IMG/VR virus record: IMGVR_UViG_3300011977_000001
Length of the DNA stretch: 64,000 nt
Origin: a virus
Direction: 5' to 3' (one strand)
In this document: in pieces, positions 7,200-16,536 of the stretch
How the letters are laid out: the number at the start of each line of letters is the position of its first letter
Numbering within the stretch: the stretch's first letter is position 1
Translations under genes and position numbers: made by a program
Notes under the pieces: model-generated
What the model was told of the DNA's origin: nothing
Database searches by the model: none
The model's input: only the letters and a program-made list of their open reading frames with translations

Positions 7200-8582
7200 T
7201 TAATTCTGATCATCTCCCAGGATTTCAACGTCCTCCATATCACCCTTCTGAGGATCATCGACTGAGCCGTCTTTATACGCATAATCCTGCTCAGTTGGTA
7301 CGTAAACCTGCTCACAGTCCATCGTTTTACCGTATCTGATCACTCTAATGTCACCGGTACTCTGCTTATAAGCCAGATAACGGCGGACGATCGTAGATGC
7401 GAATTTCGGGTCGATCTCCATGAGATATGCGGACCGGTTTAGCTGCTCTGAAGCGATCATTGTCGTTCCGCTTCCGCCGAAGAGGTCCAGGACAATACCA
7501 TTCTCCTGAGATGAATTTCTGATAGGGAATCCGATCAGTGAAAGTGGCTTCATTGTCGGATGTAGCTTAGCTTTTCTCATGTGATCGAACTTCCAAATTG
7601 AAGATTTGTTTCTTCCACCATAGAAAGTGTGTTTTGCAGTTGGTTTGAAAGAATAGATAACCGGCTCATGCTGCGCCTGATAATCGTAGTTGCCCAGGAT
7701 AATGAAATCTTTTTCCCATATACACATCTGCGAATAGTGCAGCCCACTAGCATTGATCGCCCCAATGAAGCTATCAAGATACTTGTCGGAAGCAAAGCTG
7801 TACACAGCCCCACCATCCATCACATTGTCGTAAGCACTCTGAAATGCAGCCGTCAGAAATTCCAGAAAATGCTGCTTTGACATGTTGTCGTTTGAAATTC
7901 CACGAGCAACGGTCTGCCCACGCAGCACTTCGGTTGCTCCGTAATCGACATTGTACGGCGGGTCCGTGATCACCATGTTTGCCGTCTCTCCGTTCATTAG
8001 TTTCTTTACCTGCTCCGGGTCCGTTGAATCTCCGCACATCAGTCTGTGGCGGCCGAGTAGCCAGATGTCACCAGGCTCAACAAAAGGCTCAGGTTCTTCA
8101 AAGTTCCCGTCTCCAGAAGATTCACCATCAAATCCTCCTTCTTCGTCATCCAGGTCATCTTCCAGACTGTCAAGAAGTTCCTGGAACTCCTCTTCAGAAA
8201 ATCCAGTAAGTGTGTAATCATATCCGTCCTCTTCCAGCTCTTTCAAAACGTCTGCAAGCTGCTGCTCATCCCATTCGCCACTGATCTTATTTAGGCCGAT
8301 GTTTGCCATTTTCTCGCTAACTTTATCCATGTCAACGACATTGACCAGAACTTCTGGTATCCCCATATCTTTCAAGACATAGTATCTCTGATGTCCTGAA
8401 ATGATCGTCATGTCTTTATTGACAATGATAGGGTCAATGTATCCAAATTCTTCAATACTCCGTTTTATGTCCTGATATTCTTTATCCTCAGGTGTCAGAC
8501 GTTTTCTCGGGTTATAGTCTGCAGGAACCAGCTTATCGATACTGATCTTCTGCATGTTGATGTTCTGCTTAAACGGTTTCAT
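7200..8582 (-). CDS. ParB-like nuclease domain fused to N6A/N4C DNA methyltransferase
   Basis: Start moved to ATG 8582 (GAGGAGG RBS). N-terminal DKLVPADYNPRK...ISGHQRY (ParB/Srx-like), then VITDPPYNVDYG (motif IV) followed by LDLFGGSGTT (motif I), i.e. beta-class order. Confidence 0.85.
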   Translation of the reverse strand: MKPFKQNINMQKISIDKLVPADYNPRKRLTPEDKEYQDIKRSIEEFGYIDPIIVNKDMTIISGHQRYYVLKDMGIPEVLVNVVDMDKVSEKMANIGLNKISGEWDEQQLADVLKELEEDGYDYTLTGFSEEEFQELLDSLEDDLDDEEGGFDGESSGDGNFEEPEPFVEPGDIWLLGRHRLMCGDSTDPEQVKKLMNGETANMVITDPPYNVDYGATEVLRGQTVARGISNDNMSKQHFLEFLTAAFQSAYDNVMDGGAVYSFASDKYLDSFIGAINASGLHYSQMCIWEKDFIILGNYDYQAQHEPVIYSFKPTAKHTFYGGRNKSSIWKFDHMRKAKLHPTMKPLSLIGFPIRNSSQENGIVLDLFGGSGTTMIASEQLNRSAYLMEIDPKFASTIVRRYLAYKQSTGDIRVIRYGKTMDCEQVYVPTEQDYAYKDGSVDDPQKGDMEDVEILGDDQN

Positions 8583-8598
8583 AAATCCTCCTCGTATC

Positions 8599-8626
8599 AA
8601 AAAAGGAGCGGTATTTCTACCGCTCC
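8599..8626 (-). terminator. rho-independent terminator
   Basis: 9-bp stem GGAGCGGTA/TACCGCTCC with 4-nt loop, followed on the minus strand by TTTTTT. Confidence 0.7.
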
Positions 8627-8692
8627 CAAAACTAGGAAGAATTGTGCGCAGTCGAGTGCTCACATTTGCATCTTAGCTTAGTGGAAACGACT

Positions 8693-9460
8693 TCACAATA
8701 CCTCCGGTTTCAATTTCACCATGCGATCGCAGTTTTCCCAGACCACCCGGCTTTTGCTTTTCCTCTTGGCTTCTTTCATATATCCGATGCACGCCGGCCA
8801 GAACTCTCTGGTATCATCTGCTTCTATCCACTGTGACCTCGGAATTTTCATCCACACTGATCTGCCGGTTTCTTCTTCCACACCATGAATCGGTATCAGC
8901 TTGCTTAGATAAAATTCATAAGTGCAGGTTTTGTGGCAGCTGTACCGGTGATGAATGCAATTTTTGTTAAAGTCGCAGTTTTTCAAAATGTATTCGTAAT
9001 CAGGAAATTTCATCTTGTTCGATACGTAGTATCTGCAGGCTTCCATTTCCGAACCGAAATGCGCAATATTCCCGACTACCAGTTTTCTTCTGCTGCAAAC
9101 GAGAAGCGTTTCACCATCCTTCTGGTATTTCTTACAGTTCTGGCAAGTGCGACACCTCAGGATTAAGCCTCCCAGTTCTTCGAACTCGCATCCCTCGCAT
9201 AAGCCATCGTAGTAGTAATTGTGTATATAGGTCTTGCAGCTGGCTAATCCCTCTCTGGTAAATGGAAAAACTTCTTTATGTTTGAACGGAAATTGCTGAT
9301 AGAACACCTCAGCATTGAAAGTATAGGACCGTTGCGGTGTCTGGCAGTAATAGGTTGATTCGCCATCGTGTTCCTGCACTTCTTCAATCTTCGTTCCGAA
9401 TGGTTCCCAGGAATATTCAAGTGCGTTTGGAACATAGACGTAATCCCCAGTTTTATACAT
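8693..9460 (-). CDS. Cys-rich hypothetical protein
   Basis: 255-aa ORF with many CxxC pairs (CEGCEF, CRTCQNC, CHKTC); no family recognised. Confidence 0.6.
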   Translation of the reverse strand: MYKTGDYVYVPNALEYSWEPFGTKIEEVQEHDGESTYYCQTPQRSYTFNAEVFYQQFPFKHKEVFPFTREGLASCKTYIHNYYYDGLCEGCEFEELGGLILRCRTCQNCKKYQKDGETLLVCSRRKLVVGNIAHFGSEMEACRYYVSNKMKFPDYEYILKNCDFNKNCIHHRYSCHKTCTYEFYLSKLIPIHGVEEETGRSVWMKIPRSQWIEADDTREFWPACIGYMKEAKRKSKSRVVWENCDRMVKLKPEVL

Positions 9461-9472
9461 ATTCCCTCCCAG

Positions 9473-9658
9473 TCACAACATTTTTCTCAGAATAATTGTT
9501 TCGGCAATCCCAACCATGACTCCAATCAGTGCGGCGCACTTGATCACTGTTAAAGCAGGAAAGAAGAAATAGAACGGGAATGACATTACGCAAAACACCA
9601 TCATATTCATCACAATCAGTACAGCTGCCTCAGCTAGTAATAATTTCCACCCCTTCAT
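9473..9658 (-). CDS. small membrane protein
   Basis: 61 aa, two hydrophobic segments. Confidence 0.5.
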   Translation of the reverse strand: MKGWKLLLAEAAVLIVMNMMVFCVMSFPFYFFFPALTVIKCAALIGVMVGIAETIILRKML

Positions 9659-9673
9659 TCCTGCCTCCTACAG

Positions 9674-10141
9674 TCAAATCTTTCCAGTTCTCTGATAATC
9701 CGCTACCAGTGTATTCATGTCCGCTTCAGTGAAGTTATATCCTCGGTTGATTGCTCTGGTATATTCCTTTGGAGCGATGCCGAACGGCATTTCCAGTTTT
9801 TTATCGAATACCCAAAGGTGATAAACATCGCTTACATCTACCAGGTTTTTCTGCTTCGGATAAACTTCGATTGCAAATCGGTTCTCTCCGAAGAGCTCAT
9901 TCTTTATCTGCATTTTCTTAGCCCAGGAAATTTCTCCTGAACCATCAGATGTCCGTTGCCCGTGAGTGATCGTGACGTGTTCCACGTTGCCGAACTTTGT
10001 CCGAATCAGGCGAGAGCAAACGCATATGTTTTCATCGTTGTCAATCCAGCATCGGTCCATTTCGGAATGCCAGCTGTCTTGCTGGTACATTCCGAAACGA
10101 TCTTTCAGAGCCTTCGGTGGAATAGCTTTGACCCAGTTCAT
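9674..10141 (-). CDS. hypothetical conserved phage protein
   Basis: 155-aa ORF, VEHVTITHG...IKNELFGENRFAIEVYP..YHLW pattern seen in phage early proteins; family not named. Confidence 0.6.
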   Translation of the reverse strand: MNWVKAIPPKALKDRFGMYQQDSWHSEMDRCWIDNDENICVCSRLIRTKFGNVEHVTITHGQRTSDGSGEISWAKKMQIKNELFGENRFAIEVYPKQKNLVDVSDVYHLWVFDKKLEMPFGIAPKEYTRAINRGYNFTEADMNTLVADYQRTGKI

Positions 10142-10150
10142 ACCATCACC

Positions 10151-11110
10151 TCATTCAAAGCGGATCCCGCTATCGATCATGTACTGTCTCAGGTCGATCA
10201 GCTGCTGCTTTGTACCGATTGCAATAAACTTTGCTCGATAGAGCTCTACAGCTGGTTCCTCCTGCTTTGGTTCCGGAGCTGTGGCTGTTACCTCTTCTGC
10301 TGCCGGCAGTGCGTTGACTGGTGCTTCTGGCTGCTGAAGGAACGGGTCAACTGCCTGTTCATACTGCTGTGCGCTATTATTTGCCGTTTCTACCGTTTCT
10401 GTGCGTTCGCTGGCTGAATTTACTGTCTGAGACGTTTTAGCGGCTTCCTGCTGCTCCTGGGCTCGTCTGCTGGCCTCCTCCGCCGCTTTTCTTCTCTCGG
10501 AGAGTTCATGCATCTCACGAATAACTTCGGCTACATCAAATGTGGCCAGGTATCTTTCCTGTGCATATACCATGTCCTGTTCTTCAACGCTCATTTTCAG
10601 GGTGTCAAGATCAGCCAGGATTTTCTGTTTTGCCTCATCCAGCTCACTGATCGCTTTTTTCTCGGTCTTAGAGGCCAGAAGCATTTTGTCATTCAAGAGT
10701 CTGTCAAAGCCGACCATGGAGCGGAAATCCTGGTCGTAAGTCTCATAGTGCTTTTCCAGGGCTTCTCTGCGTTCCTTCTTCTTCTGAGCTTCAGCCCCTT
10801 TTATTGTGGCATCGATCTCAGTGATTGCCTCATCGATCGGGGCCAGGATTTCTTTCACGCCATCCTCGAACTCGTTATACGGAGCCAAGATTGCGTTCTT
10901 GACCTCAATTCTGCGAGCGGAGATGGATTTCTTCATCTTGTTCAGGTACGCTCGGTCCGCCTTTGCGTCTTTTATCGTGTCCTCAGTGTAGACAACATTC
11001 TTGTAGTCTTTCACCTTCTGCTCGATAAAGCTCTTGATTTCGTCTTTATTCCAGACGATGTTTGTGATGAACGATTTCGGCTGCTGAATCACTAAGCTAA
11101 GTTCTTCCAT
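10151..11110 (-). CDS. DUF1351-like phage protein
   Basis: Lys/Glu-rich coiled-coil N-terminal two thirds (DAKADRAYLNKMKKSISARRIEVKNAIL..) and position near RecT, as in Firmicutes phages. Confidence 0.55.
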   Translation of the reverse strand: MEELSLVIQQPKSFITNIVWNKDEIKSFIEQKVKDYKNVVYTEDTIKDAKADRAYLNKMKKSISARRIEVKNAILAPYNEFEDGVKEILAPIDEAITEIDATIKGAEAQKKKERREALEKHYETYDQDFRSMVGFDRLLNDKMLLASKTEKKAISELDEAKQKILADLDTLKMSVEEQDMVYAQERYLATFDVAEVIREMHELSERRKAAEEASRRAQEQQEAAKTSQTVNSASERTETVETANNSAQQYEQAVDPFLQQPEAPVNALPAAEEVTATAPEPKQEEPAVELYRAKFIAIGTKQQLIDLRQYMIDSGIRFE

Positions 11111-11136
11111 TTTTCTTCCTCCTAGTTTTGAATCTT

Positions 11137-11289
11137 TTATGCTCTCGGCATCGTATTCAGGCGATAAATCACCATCATTATCAGCGTTGAGCTATATGCG
11201 ATTGACAGTCCGATTTCTCCTAACGAGTCTGATTCTCCCAACATCGCTATGAAAAGTAGAACCGTCATAATCACCAGTGCTACGAACAT
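11137..11289 (-). CDS. small membrane peptide (50 aa)
   Basis: Not in ORF track (<60 aa). ATG 11289 right after RusA stop with GAGGAG RBS: MFVALVIMTVLLFIAMLG.. Confidence 0.4.
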   Translation of the reverse strand: MFVALVIMTVLLFIAMLGESDSLGEIGLSIAYSSTLIMMVIYRLNTMPRA

Positions 11290-11290
11290 T

Positions 11291-11722
11291 TCACTCCTCT
11301 CGGACTCTCTCGATCTCTTTCAGTGTCACCATCGTTTTAGGTATCTCTCCGTATTCTTTCGTGATATGAATCTCAGCCACCTGGGAATCGTCATCATAAG
11401 CGACTTTATTCAGTGCATCGCAGATTGATTTGATCAGATTATCCAGGTCTGGACGTTTTGTTACGGGATACCGGCCTGTAAGCCATTTGGTTCGGTTCTT
11501 CTTTGTTGCCGACTTCGGTATCTGGAAGAATACTCGTATCTCCATCGCCAGCGGTCCGCTCAACACAACGTCCGGATAGCTCTCTGTGTACATGAGCTTA
11601 ACCAGGTTCTCGAAATTTGTTGTCCTCTTCGGAGTGTACGTTCTGGAAAACCCGTGAACATTGACTACTCTCGGCCTGGCTTTTGGAACTGCCTCACCAG
11701 GGATTTCAAACTTCACCATCAT
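11291..11722 (-). CDS. rusA: RusA-family Holliday junction resolvase
   Basis: MVKFEIPGEAVPKARPRV..., DLDNLIKSICDALN motif. Confidence 0.85.
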   Translation of the reverse strand: MMVKFEIPGEAVPKARPRVVNVHGFSRTYTPKRTTNFENLVKLMYTESYPDVVLSGPLAMEIRVFFQIPKSATKKNRTKWLTGRYPVTKRPDLDNLIKSICDALNKVAYDDDSQVAEIHITKEYGEIPKTMVTLKEIERVREE

Positions 11723-12032
11723 TGTCGTTTTCCTCGTCCCAGATATAGTTCTTCCCGAATATTTTCATGAACTCTTCTCTGGAATGCGTTTCCTCGAACT
11801 TATTTTGAGCAGCCCGCTTTACTTTCAAGTCTGATTCACGATTTTTGTGAACCGCATTCGGTCCATTTCGGTGACAGGTCTCCCCGCAAAGCCAAACCAT
11901 CAATCCGTATTTGCTGGACCATTTGCGATTCGGTCCTCCGAATACGTGGTGAAGTTCCAGGTGATTCCATCCATGCAGCTGAGTGCTCCCGCAAAGGAAG
12001 CACTGCCGCTTATCTTGCAAAATGCTTTTCAA
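11706..12032 (-). CDS. Cys/His-rich zinc-binding hypothetical protein
   Basis: CFLCG...LELHHVFGG...LCGETCH pattern; family not assigned. Confidence 0.6.
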   Translation of the reverse strand: MKSILQDKRQCFLCGSTQLHGWNHLELHHVFGGPNRKWSSKYGLMVWLCGETCHRNGPNAVHKNRESDLKVKRAAQNKFEETHSREEFMKIFGKNYIWDEENDNDGEV

Positions 12033-12667
12033 GCCTTCTCCTTCTCAGGCATCTTTCCGAACTGCTTATACAGTCTCCTGGTGAAGTCGTTGCTCATATC
12101 AGGCGAGGCTAGCTGTTTTTCGGTTTTCTGTATCAGAAGCTCAACGTTTTTTTCAGCATCAGGCTTCTTCTCGATCTCGTTGCCGGCCGCCACCGGTGTG
12201 AGTCTTCTCAGCTCTCTCTCCCGTCTCAGCGTATTCCTGTAGTTCCTGGAAAAGTTGCTCTGAACAACGGATTCAACCGTCTCGATGTCCATCATCGCCC
12301 ATTCACGGAGATTATCGCTGCTTCCTACGGCTTTCTGGACGGTCTGCGGAAGCAGCTCAAACTCTTTGGCTGCTCCGTAGCTTCCGTTTGCGATCGCCTT
12401 ACGGACCATCGCCCACGCCTCCATCTCGTTTGAGTCGGTGTCGTCCTGGGTCGTATGAATGATATTGATGATCTGGCTCGGAATCGGTGCAAAACCGCTC
12501 GTATCAGACACCATGTATCGTCTCAGCGCCTCTCCAACATCTGCTGCTGAATAATCTTTCAGTAATCTCAACCAGACTTCCAACGTCAGCTTAGCGTCCT
12601 TTGGATGCCAGTTGACGTACACGTTGTCGATCACTGCCAGAACCTTTTGCATATCCTCCCGTGTCAC
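12029..12667 (-). CDS. G39P-like replicative helicase loader/inhibitor domain protein
   Basis: N-terminus KVLAVIDNVYVNWHPKD..LEVWLRLLKDYSAADVGEALRRYM..FAPIPSQII resembles SPP1 G39P. Confidence 0.6.
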   Translation of the reverse strand: MTREDMQKVLAVIDNVYVNWHPKDAKLTLEVWLRLLKDYSAADVGEALRRYMVSDTSGFAPIPSQIINIIHTTQDDTDSNEMEAWAMVRKAIANGSYGAAKEFELLPQTVQKAVGSSDNLREWAMMDIETVESVVQSNFSRNYRNTLRRERELRRLTPVAAGNEIEKKPDAEKNVELLIQKTEKQLASPDMSNDFTRRLYKQFGKMPEKEKA

Positions 12668-12688
12668 ACCATCATCCCCTTTCAGTGC

Positions 12689-13588
12689 TTATACCCGGCT
12701 CCAATCAATCGCACCGTTTCGTGCGTTGCCTCTACCTTCCTCGGACTTGAGCGCATAGATATTTGTCCAGCCATTGATAACCGATTCATCCAGGATCCTT
12801 GCAGCCGTCTCCGGGTCAAACCTCCCGAACGGGTCAGTGGCCAAGATGTTCAGCCGTTTCTGTACCATCTTCTGGGCTCGCTCTGTAAACGGTTTCTTCA
12901 TCCGTTTCCGCATCTCGACATATCCTGAGTACGCCTCATTCAATCTCGGGTCCTCGTAATACTGCTGCGGCATTTGTACGATTTCACCATCACATTTCTT
13001 TGGAGCCCTGCTGGCCGGTTTCTTCTTCTCCCTTTTCTCTTCCTCCTCCTTCTTCCCCTCAGACTCCCTATCTACCACTACCTGTTCTTTACCCTTATCT
13101 TTTTCTAAATCAGAAGCATATACAGTAACAGTATCAGTAACAGTTGTATCCATAGGGTAGGGATACGGTATCCATACCGTATCCTTACTGCTTCCAGAAT
13201 CCCGTATTTTAGCGATATTTAGAGCAAGAAACTCTCTGAAATGATTGCTTTTTACCTTAATGATTTCATTCTCACAAGCAGTAAGGAATTTCTCTGAAGA
13301 GGTCCAGTTGAACTTGCACCAGTTTGTGACCAAGATTTCTTTTGTATCAGAATCGTAGTCAATCACCTTGTGTACGTCTTTCATTCGGTTAAGGAGCTTA
13401 TTGATCGTGTCCTGAGTGTATCCCAGCTCTGATTCAGCTCTCTTGAAGCTAAAGTCGTAGCAGCCACAAAGATTTGTGTTTGGATTTGTAAGCAGATAAA
13501 GATAGAAATATTTGTCTTCCGGTGTAAAGTCATCGGCGACTTTTGAATCCGTCCAGAAGCTGAGCTGGATAGTGCGATAGATTGCCAT
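12689..13588 (-). CDS. replication initiator / replisome organizer with DnaD-like C-terminal domain
   Basis: FWTDSKVADDFTPEDKYFYLYLLTNPNTNLCGCY.. N-terminal wHTH-type pattern; Lys/Glu linker; C-terminal ..ILDESVINGWTNIY DnaD-like. Confidence 0.65.
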   Translation of the reverse strand: MAIYRTIQLSFWTDSKVADDFTPEDKYFYLYLLTNPNTNLCGCYDFSFKRAESELGYTQDTINKLLNRMKDVHKVIDYDSDTKEILVTNWCKFNWTSSEKFLTACENEIIKVKSNHFREFLALNIAKIRDSGSSKDTVWIPYPYPMDTTVTDTVTVYASDLEKDKGKEQVVVDRESEGKKEEEEKREKKKPASRAPKKCDGEIVQMPQQYYEDPRLNEAYSGYVEMRKRMKKPFTERAQKMVQKRLNILATDPFGRFDPETAARILDESVINGWTNIYALKSEEGRGNARNGAIDWSRV

Positions 13589-13715
13589 GTTCACTTATCC
13601 TCTCAATCCGAAATTTTAGTGCTTAGAGGCAGCTTTTGCGCTGCCCCTATTGTGCACTTATGTGAATCCATCATATCACACAACGTTCTTATGTGCGTGC
13701 TGATCTTAAAATAAA

Positions 13716-14528
13716 TTACACTGCGATCTGCCCGCAAAGTTCATCGAGAGAAATCGGTTTCGAAAGTTTCCGGTAATGCCGGCAGCAATCGCAGGTCTCA
13801 CAATGATCAGGTTCCACCTCTCCACTTTTCACCATCAGGGTTCTCGGCATCTTGCTTTCTACCAGACTCAGGGCTTCATCCAGGTAATTCTGCGTGATCT
13901 GAATGATTCTAAGGTCGGGCTCATTCTCTTTCGTTGTGGCGGCGATATAGAACGGCAGTCGTTTGCCTGTATTCTGGCGAACGATTTCCTGGTAAACAGC
14001 TCCCTGAACATCGTAATTCCAGAACCGAATTGTATCGATGTAACCCATGTCTTTCACCCAGTGAAGTTCTGAGATTGAGCGCATGACTTTCAGGTCAACG
14101 ATTGCTACGCCTGGTATGTAAGAATCCATCTTGATCTTCCACCTGGCTCCGAATAGATTTCCCTCCATGATCGTCTGTTTTTCTCCTGACAGATAGGTCA
14201 TGAAGTATTTATCCGACTCCATCCGCTGGATGATCTGTTCGGCTTTCACATATTCTGCTCTCAGCGTCCCATCTTTCTTGAAGATTTCCGGATTTGCCGC
14301 TTTGAACTTATCCAGGGTTCCTTCAACATATGCGTCAACATACGAGCCGACCATCAAAGCTGTGCCTTTCGGTTCTACCCACTCTCCGGAGAGCTTTTTC
14401 AGTGCCTGGAACTCACACCCGTGATGCGCCCATGTCCCATTAAAATCTTTCCACTGCGAAACCGACATGAGGACTTTATTCGCTTCCGGAGAATAGTAGT
14501 TGTCCGATGTAAGTTTGAAATCAACCAT
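13716..14528 (-). CDS. PD-(D/E)XK family exonuclease with C-terminal Cys cluster
   Basis: AIVDLKV core motif, C-terminal HCETCDCCRH; immediately downstream of recT (recombination pair). Confidence 0.6.
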   Translation of the reverse strand: MVDFKLTSDNYYSPEANKVLMSVSQWKDFNGTWAHHGCEFQALKKLSGEWVEPKGTALMVGSYVDAYVEGTLDKFKAANPEIFKKDGTLRAEYVKAEQIIQRMESDKYFMTYLSGEKQTIMEGNLFGARWKIKMDSYIPGVAIVDLKVMRSISELHWVKDMGYIDTIRFWNYDVQGAVYQEIVRQNTGKRLPFYIAATTKENEPDLRIIQITQNYLDEALSLVESKMPRTLMVKSGEVEPDHCETCDCCRHYRKLSKPISLDELCGQIAV

Positions 14529-14544
14529 CGCTCGCCTCCCTCGA

Positions 14545-15513
14545 TCATCCAGTCACCATGTTAAATTCCTTAAATTCCTTAAATTCCATCTGGTGCGGCT
14601 GCTGCGCTGGCTGCGAAATTGGCTGACGAGCCGGCTGTTGGCGAATTACCTGCTGCGGGCTCTGCTGTGGCTTGTTCGGAAGGGCTTTGGTTGTGCTCTG
14701 GATTTGGTTAGCCACGTCAACCACCTCAGTTTCTGCTGCCGGCTGATCAGTTCCTCCGAAATCTGCAACGCCAGATTCCTGAAATGCCTGCATAGCCTCG
14801 ATATTGTCAAAGTTCAAGTCAATGTACTTCAGAAGTCGTCTCAGGCAAGTTTTCTTTGCCATCTCACCGTAAGAGTTTAACCATGCCTGGCTGTTCTTTG
14901 CTTTAGAGTAATTGTTCCGGACCTTATCGACCTCCTCTTTCGACATTGTTTCATACATCATCGAGCCATCTTTGTACTTCACGATTGCGAACACGCCGAT
15001 GATCTCCGAATTTGAGAAAGGCTGCGGTCTAAAAACGATCTTCTGATCTCCGGAATCGACTTCCTCATAAAACTCGTCTCCCTTATGAACCACCTTAGCA
15101 AAAATGTCTCGAATCTCGTTTGTACTGTACCGTTTACAGAGCTTGATTTCGCCCTTGTAATCGGTTTGGAACGTCATCTGGGTACCATATGGGATTGCGT
15201 AGCATTCCCCGTTGTAAAAATCCAATCCAAGGTATGCGCCTTTGATCAGGGTTGTCACAATCGAGTCAATGCTAATTCCGGCCAGGCTCTGTGCCCGTTT
15301 GCTATCGTTCAAGATGTCTCTAATCACAGCCAGGCAGTTCAAGCTGAATCTCTTTTTGTTGAACCCTGGCGGGAGCGCTCCGTCATTTTTCACCAGCTCA
15401 GCCATGAGCCTGTCATTGATTCTCTGCAGGTATTCACGCTGAGTAGCAGGAAACGCTTCTGTCACCTGCTGAACCTGCTGTACCTGCTGTACCTGTTGCA
15501 TCACTTCTGCCAT
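14545..15513 (-). CDS. recT: RecT-family single-strand annealing protein
   Basis: Start moved to MAEVMQQ (ATG 15513, ACAGGAGGAAG RBS); ..FSLNCLAVIRD..IKGAYLGLDFYNGECYAIPYG..FQTDYKGEIKL RecT core. Confidence 0.8.
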   Translation of the reverse strand: MAEVMQQVQQVQQVQQVTEAFPATQREYLQRINDRLMAELVKNDGALPPGFNKKRFSLNCLAVIRDILNDSKRAQSLAGISIDSIVTTLIKGAYLGLDFYNGECYAIPYGTQMTFQTDYKGEIKLCKRYSTNEIRDIFAKVVHKGDEFYEEVDSGDQKIVFRPQPFSNSEIIGVFAIVKYKDGSMMYETMSKEEVDKVRNNYSKAKNSQAWLNSYGEMAKKTCLRRLLKYIDLNFDNIEAMQAFQESGVADFGGTDQPAAETEVVDVANQIQSTTKALPNKPQQSPQQVIRQQPARQPISQPAQQPHQMEFKEFKEFNMVTG

Positions 15514-15649
15514 AATTCTTCCTCCTGTTTTGTGTAAAAATAGCGATGTTAATGCCATGATTTGTAGCCATAGCAGCTTTCAGTTCATCAATCGACTGAA
15601 TCCCGTAATCCCGCTTCAAGATCTTCCACATTTCTTCGACATTAGCCAT
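15434..15649 (-). CDS. small hypothetical protein (3' part overlaps recT start)
   Basis: ATG 3 nt after the XRE stop; first ~40 aa protein-like (MANVEEMWKILKRDYGIQSIDELKAAM..); tail is the alternate frame of the recT 5' repeat. Confidence 0.4.
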   Translation of the reverse strand: MANVEEMWKILKRDYGIQSIDELKAAMATNHGINIAIFTQNRRKNYGRSDATGTAGTAGSAGDRSVSCYSA

Positions 15650-15652
15650 CGC

Positions 15653-16144
15653 TTAGTTCCCTAAAATCTTAGTGCCGGCCAGTTTCAATTCGCTTGCTGC
15701 CAGAATGATTCTGTCCAATTCCGAAAGAATCTTTTTCAGCTTCGGTTTCTCGTTCTCTCCAATATGACCATCGCTGGCGATATTGATCAGAGTACGCTTC
15801 ATCTCATCGATCTCCTCTGTATCCAGGACTCTCAATAGCCTCAGAGCGATTCCATCCATCGTACCAACTTCGGTCTTAACCGGATAATCTCGTCCGATCG
15901 GACATTCATTCTTGCAGTACCAGGTCTTTAGCTCTGGTGCTCCGTACAAATCAGCCATCAGGACCACTTTATCGACTGGAACGACTTTCGTTACACCGAG
16001 TTCATAATCAGCCAGTGTTGAAGTAGAAACCCCGATCAGTTCTGCTGCACGGTCCCTGGAAAATAGTGCCTGATTGTACGCTGAAGCCTTTTTTCTCGCA
16101 CCAAAGTAGACGTTTTCATTCACTTTTGTGCACTTATCTCCCAT
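15653..16144 (-). CDS. XRE-family HTH protein with C-terminal extension
   Basis: RAAELIGVSTSTLADYELG HTH; 163 aa. Confidence 0.75.
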   Translation of the reverse strand: MGDKCTKVNENVYFGARKKASAYNQALFSRDRAAELIGVSTSTLADYELGVTKVVPVDKVVLMADLYGAPELKTWYCKNECPIGRDYPVKTEVGTMDGIALRLLRVLDTEEIDEMKRTLINIASDGHIGENEKPKLKKILSELDRIILAASELKLAGTKILGN

Positions 16145-16173
16145 TCCGATCTCACCTAACCCTTGTTACAATC

Positions 16174-16383
16174 TTAATCATAAACATCCTTTCCCTCGTT
16201 CGGGATGTTCAGATAGTCAGAAATGAGTTTTTCCATTTCAGGCGACTTGACTCTCTGACACACTACCGCACTGAGGTACTGCGGTGAGCGGCCGATATTC
16301 TTTGCCAGCTGCCCCCGGCTCAAATTCTGCTTGATCATAGCGATCTGGACAGATTTACTCCATCGAGATAGTTTCTGCTTCAC
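16174..16383 (-). CDS. Cro-like small HTH regulator
   Basis: 69 aa, GTG start behind AAGGAGGTG; NLSRGQLAKNIGRSPQYLSAV HTH; divergent from the CI-like gene. Confidence 0.7.
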   Translation of the reverse strand: MKQKLSRWSKSVQIAMIKQNLSRGQLAKNIGRSPQYLSAVVCQRVKSPEMEKLISDYLNIPNEGKDVYD

Positions 16384-16424
16384 TCAATATTCACCTCCTT
16401 GTGAGCTTTTCTGTTCTGGGATTG

Positions 16425-16433
16425 TGCTATAAT
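16425..16433 (+). promoter_or_regulatory. extended -10 promoter (TGcTATAAT) for the CI-like gene/integrase operon
   Basis: TGCTATAAT at 16425-16433; no good -35. Confidence 0.45.
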
Positions 16434-16461
16434 GAACACACATATTTAACTTACAATTTTA

Positions 16462-16489
16462 ATTATACTCATCATAGTGCGTTCGTCAA
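16462..16489 (-). promoter_or_regulatory. near-consensus sigma-70 type promoter for the Cro-like/early leftward operon
   Basis: Minus strand TTGACG (16489-16484), 16-nt spacer, TATAAT (16467-16462). Confidence 0.6.
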
Positions 16490-16536
16490 CACGTAACATA
16501 TCATTTTTGCACGTTTTTATTTTTGGGAGGGTTCTT

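Noticed and set aside
14562-15498. Short tandem repeats as a possible CRISPR-like or minisatellite array
   Set aside because: Only 3-4 units of 9 nt, contiguous without spacers, in frame inside recT.
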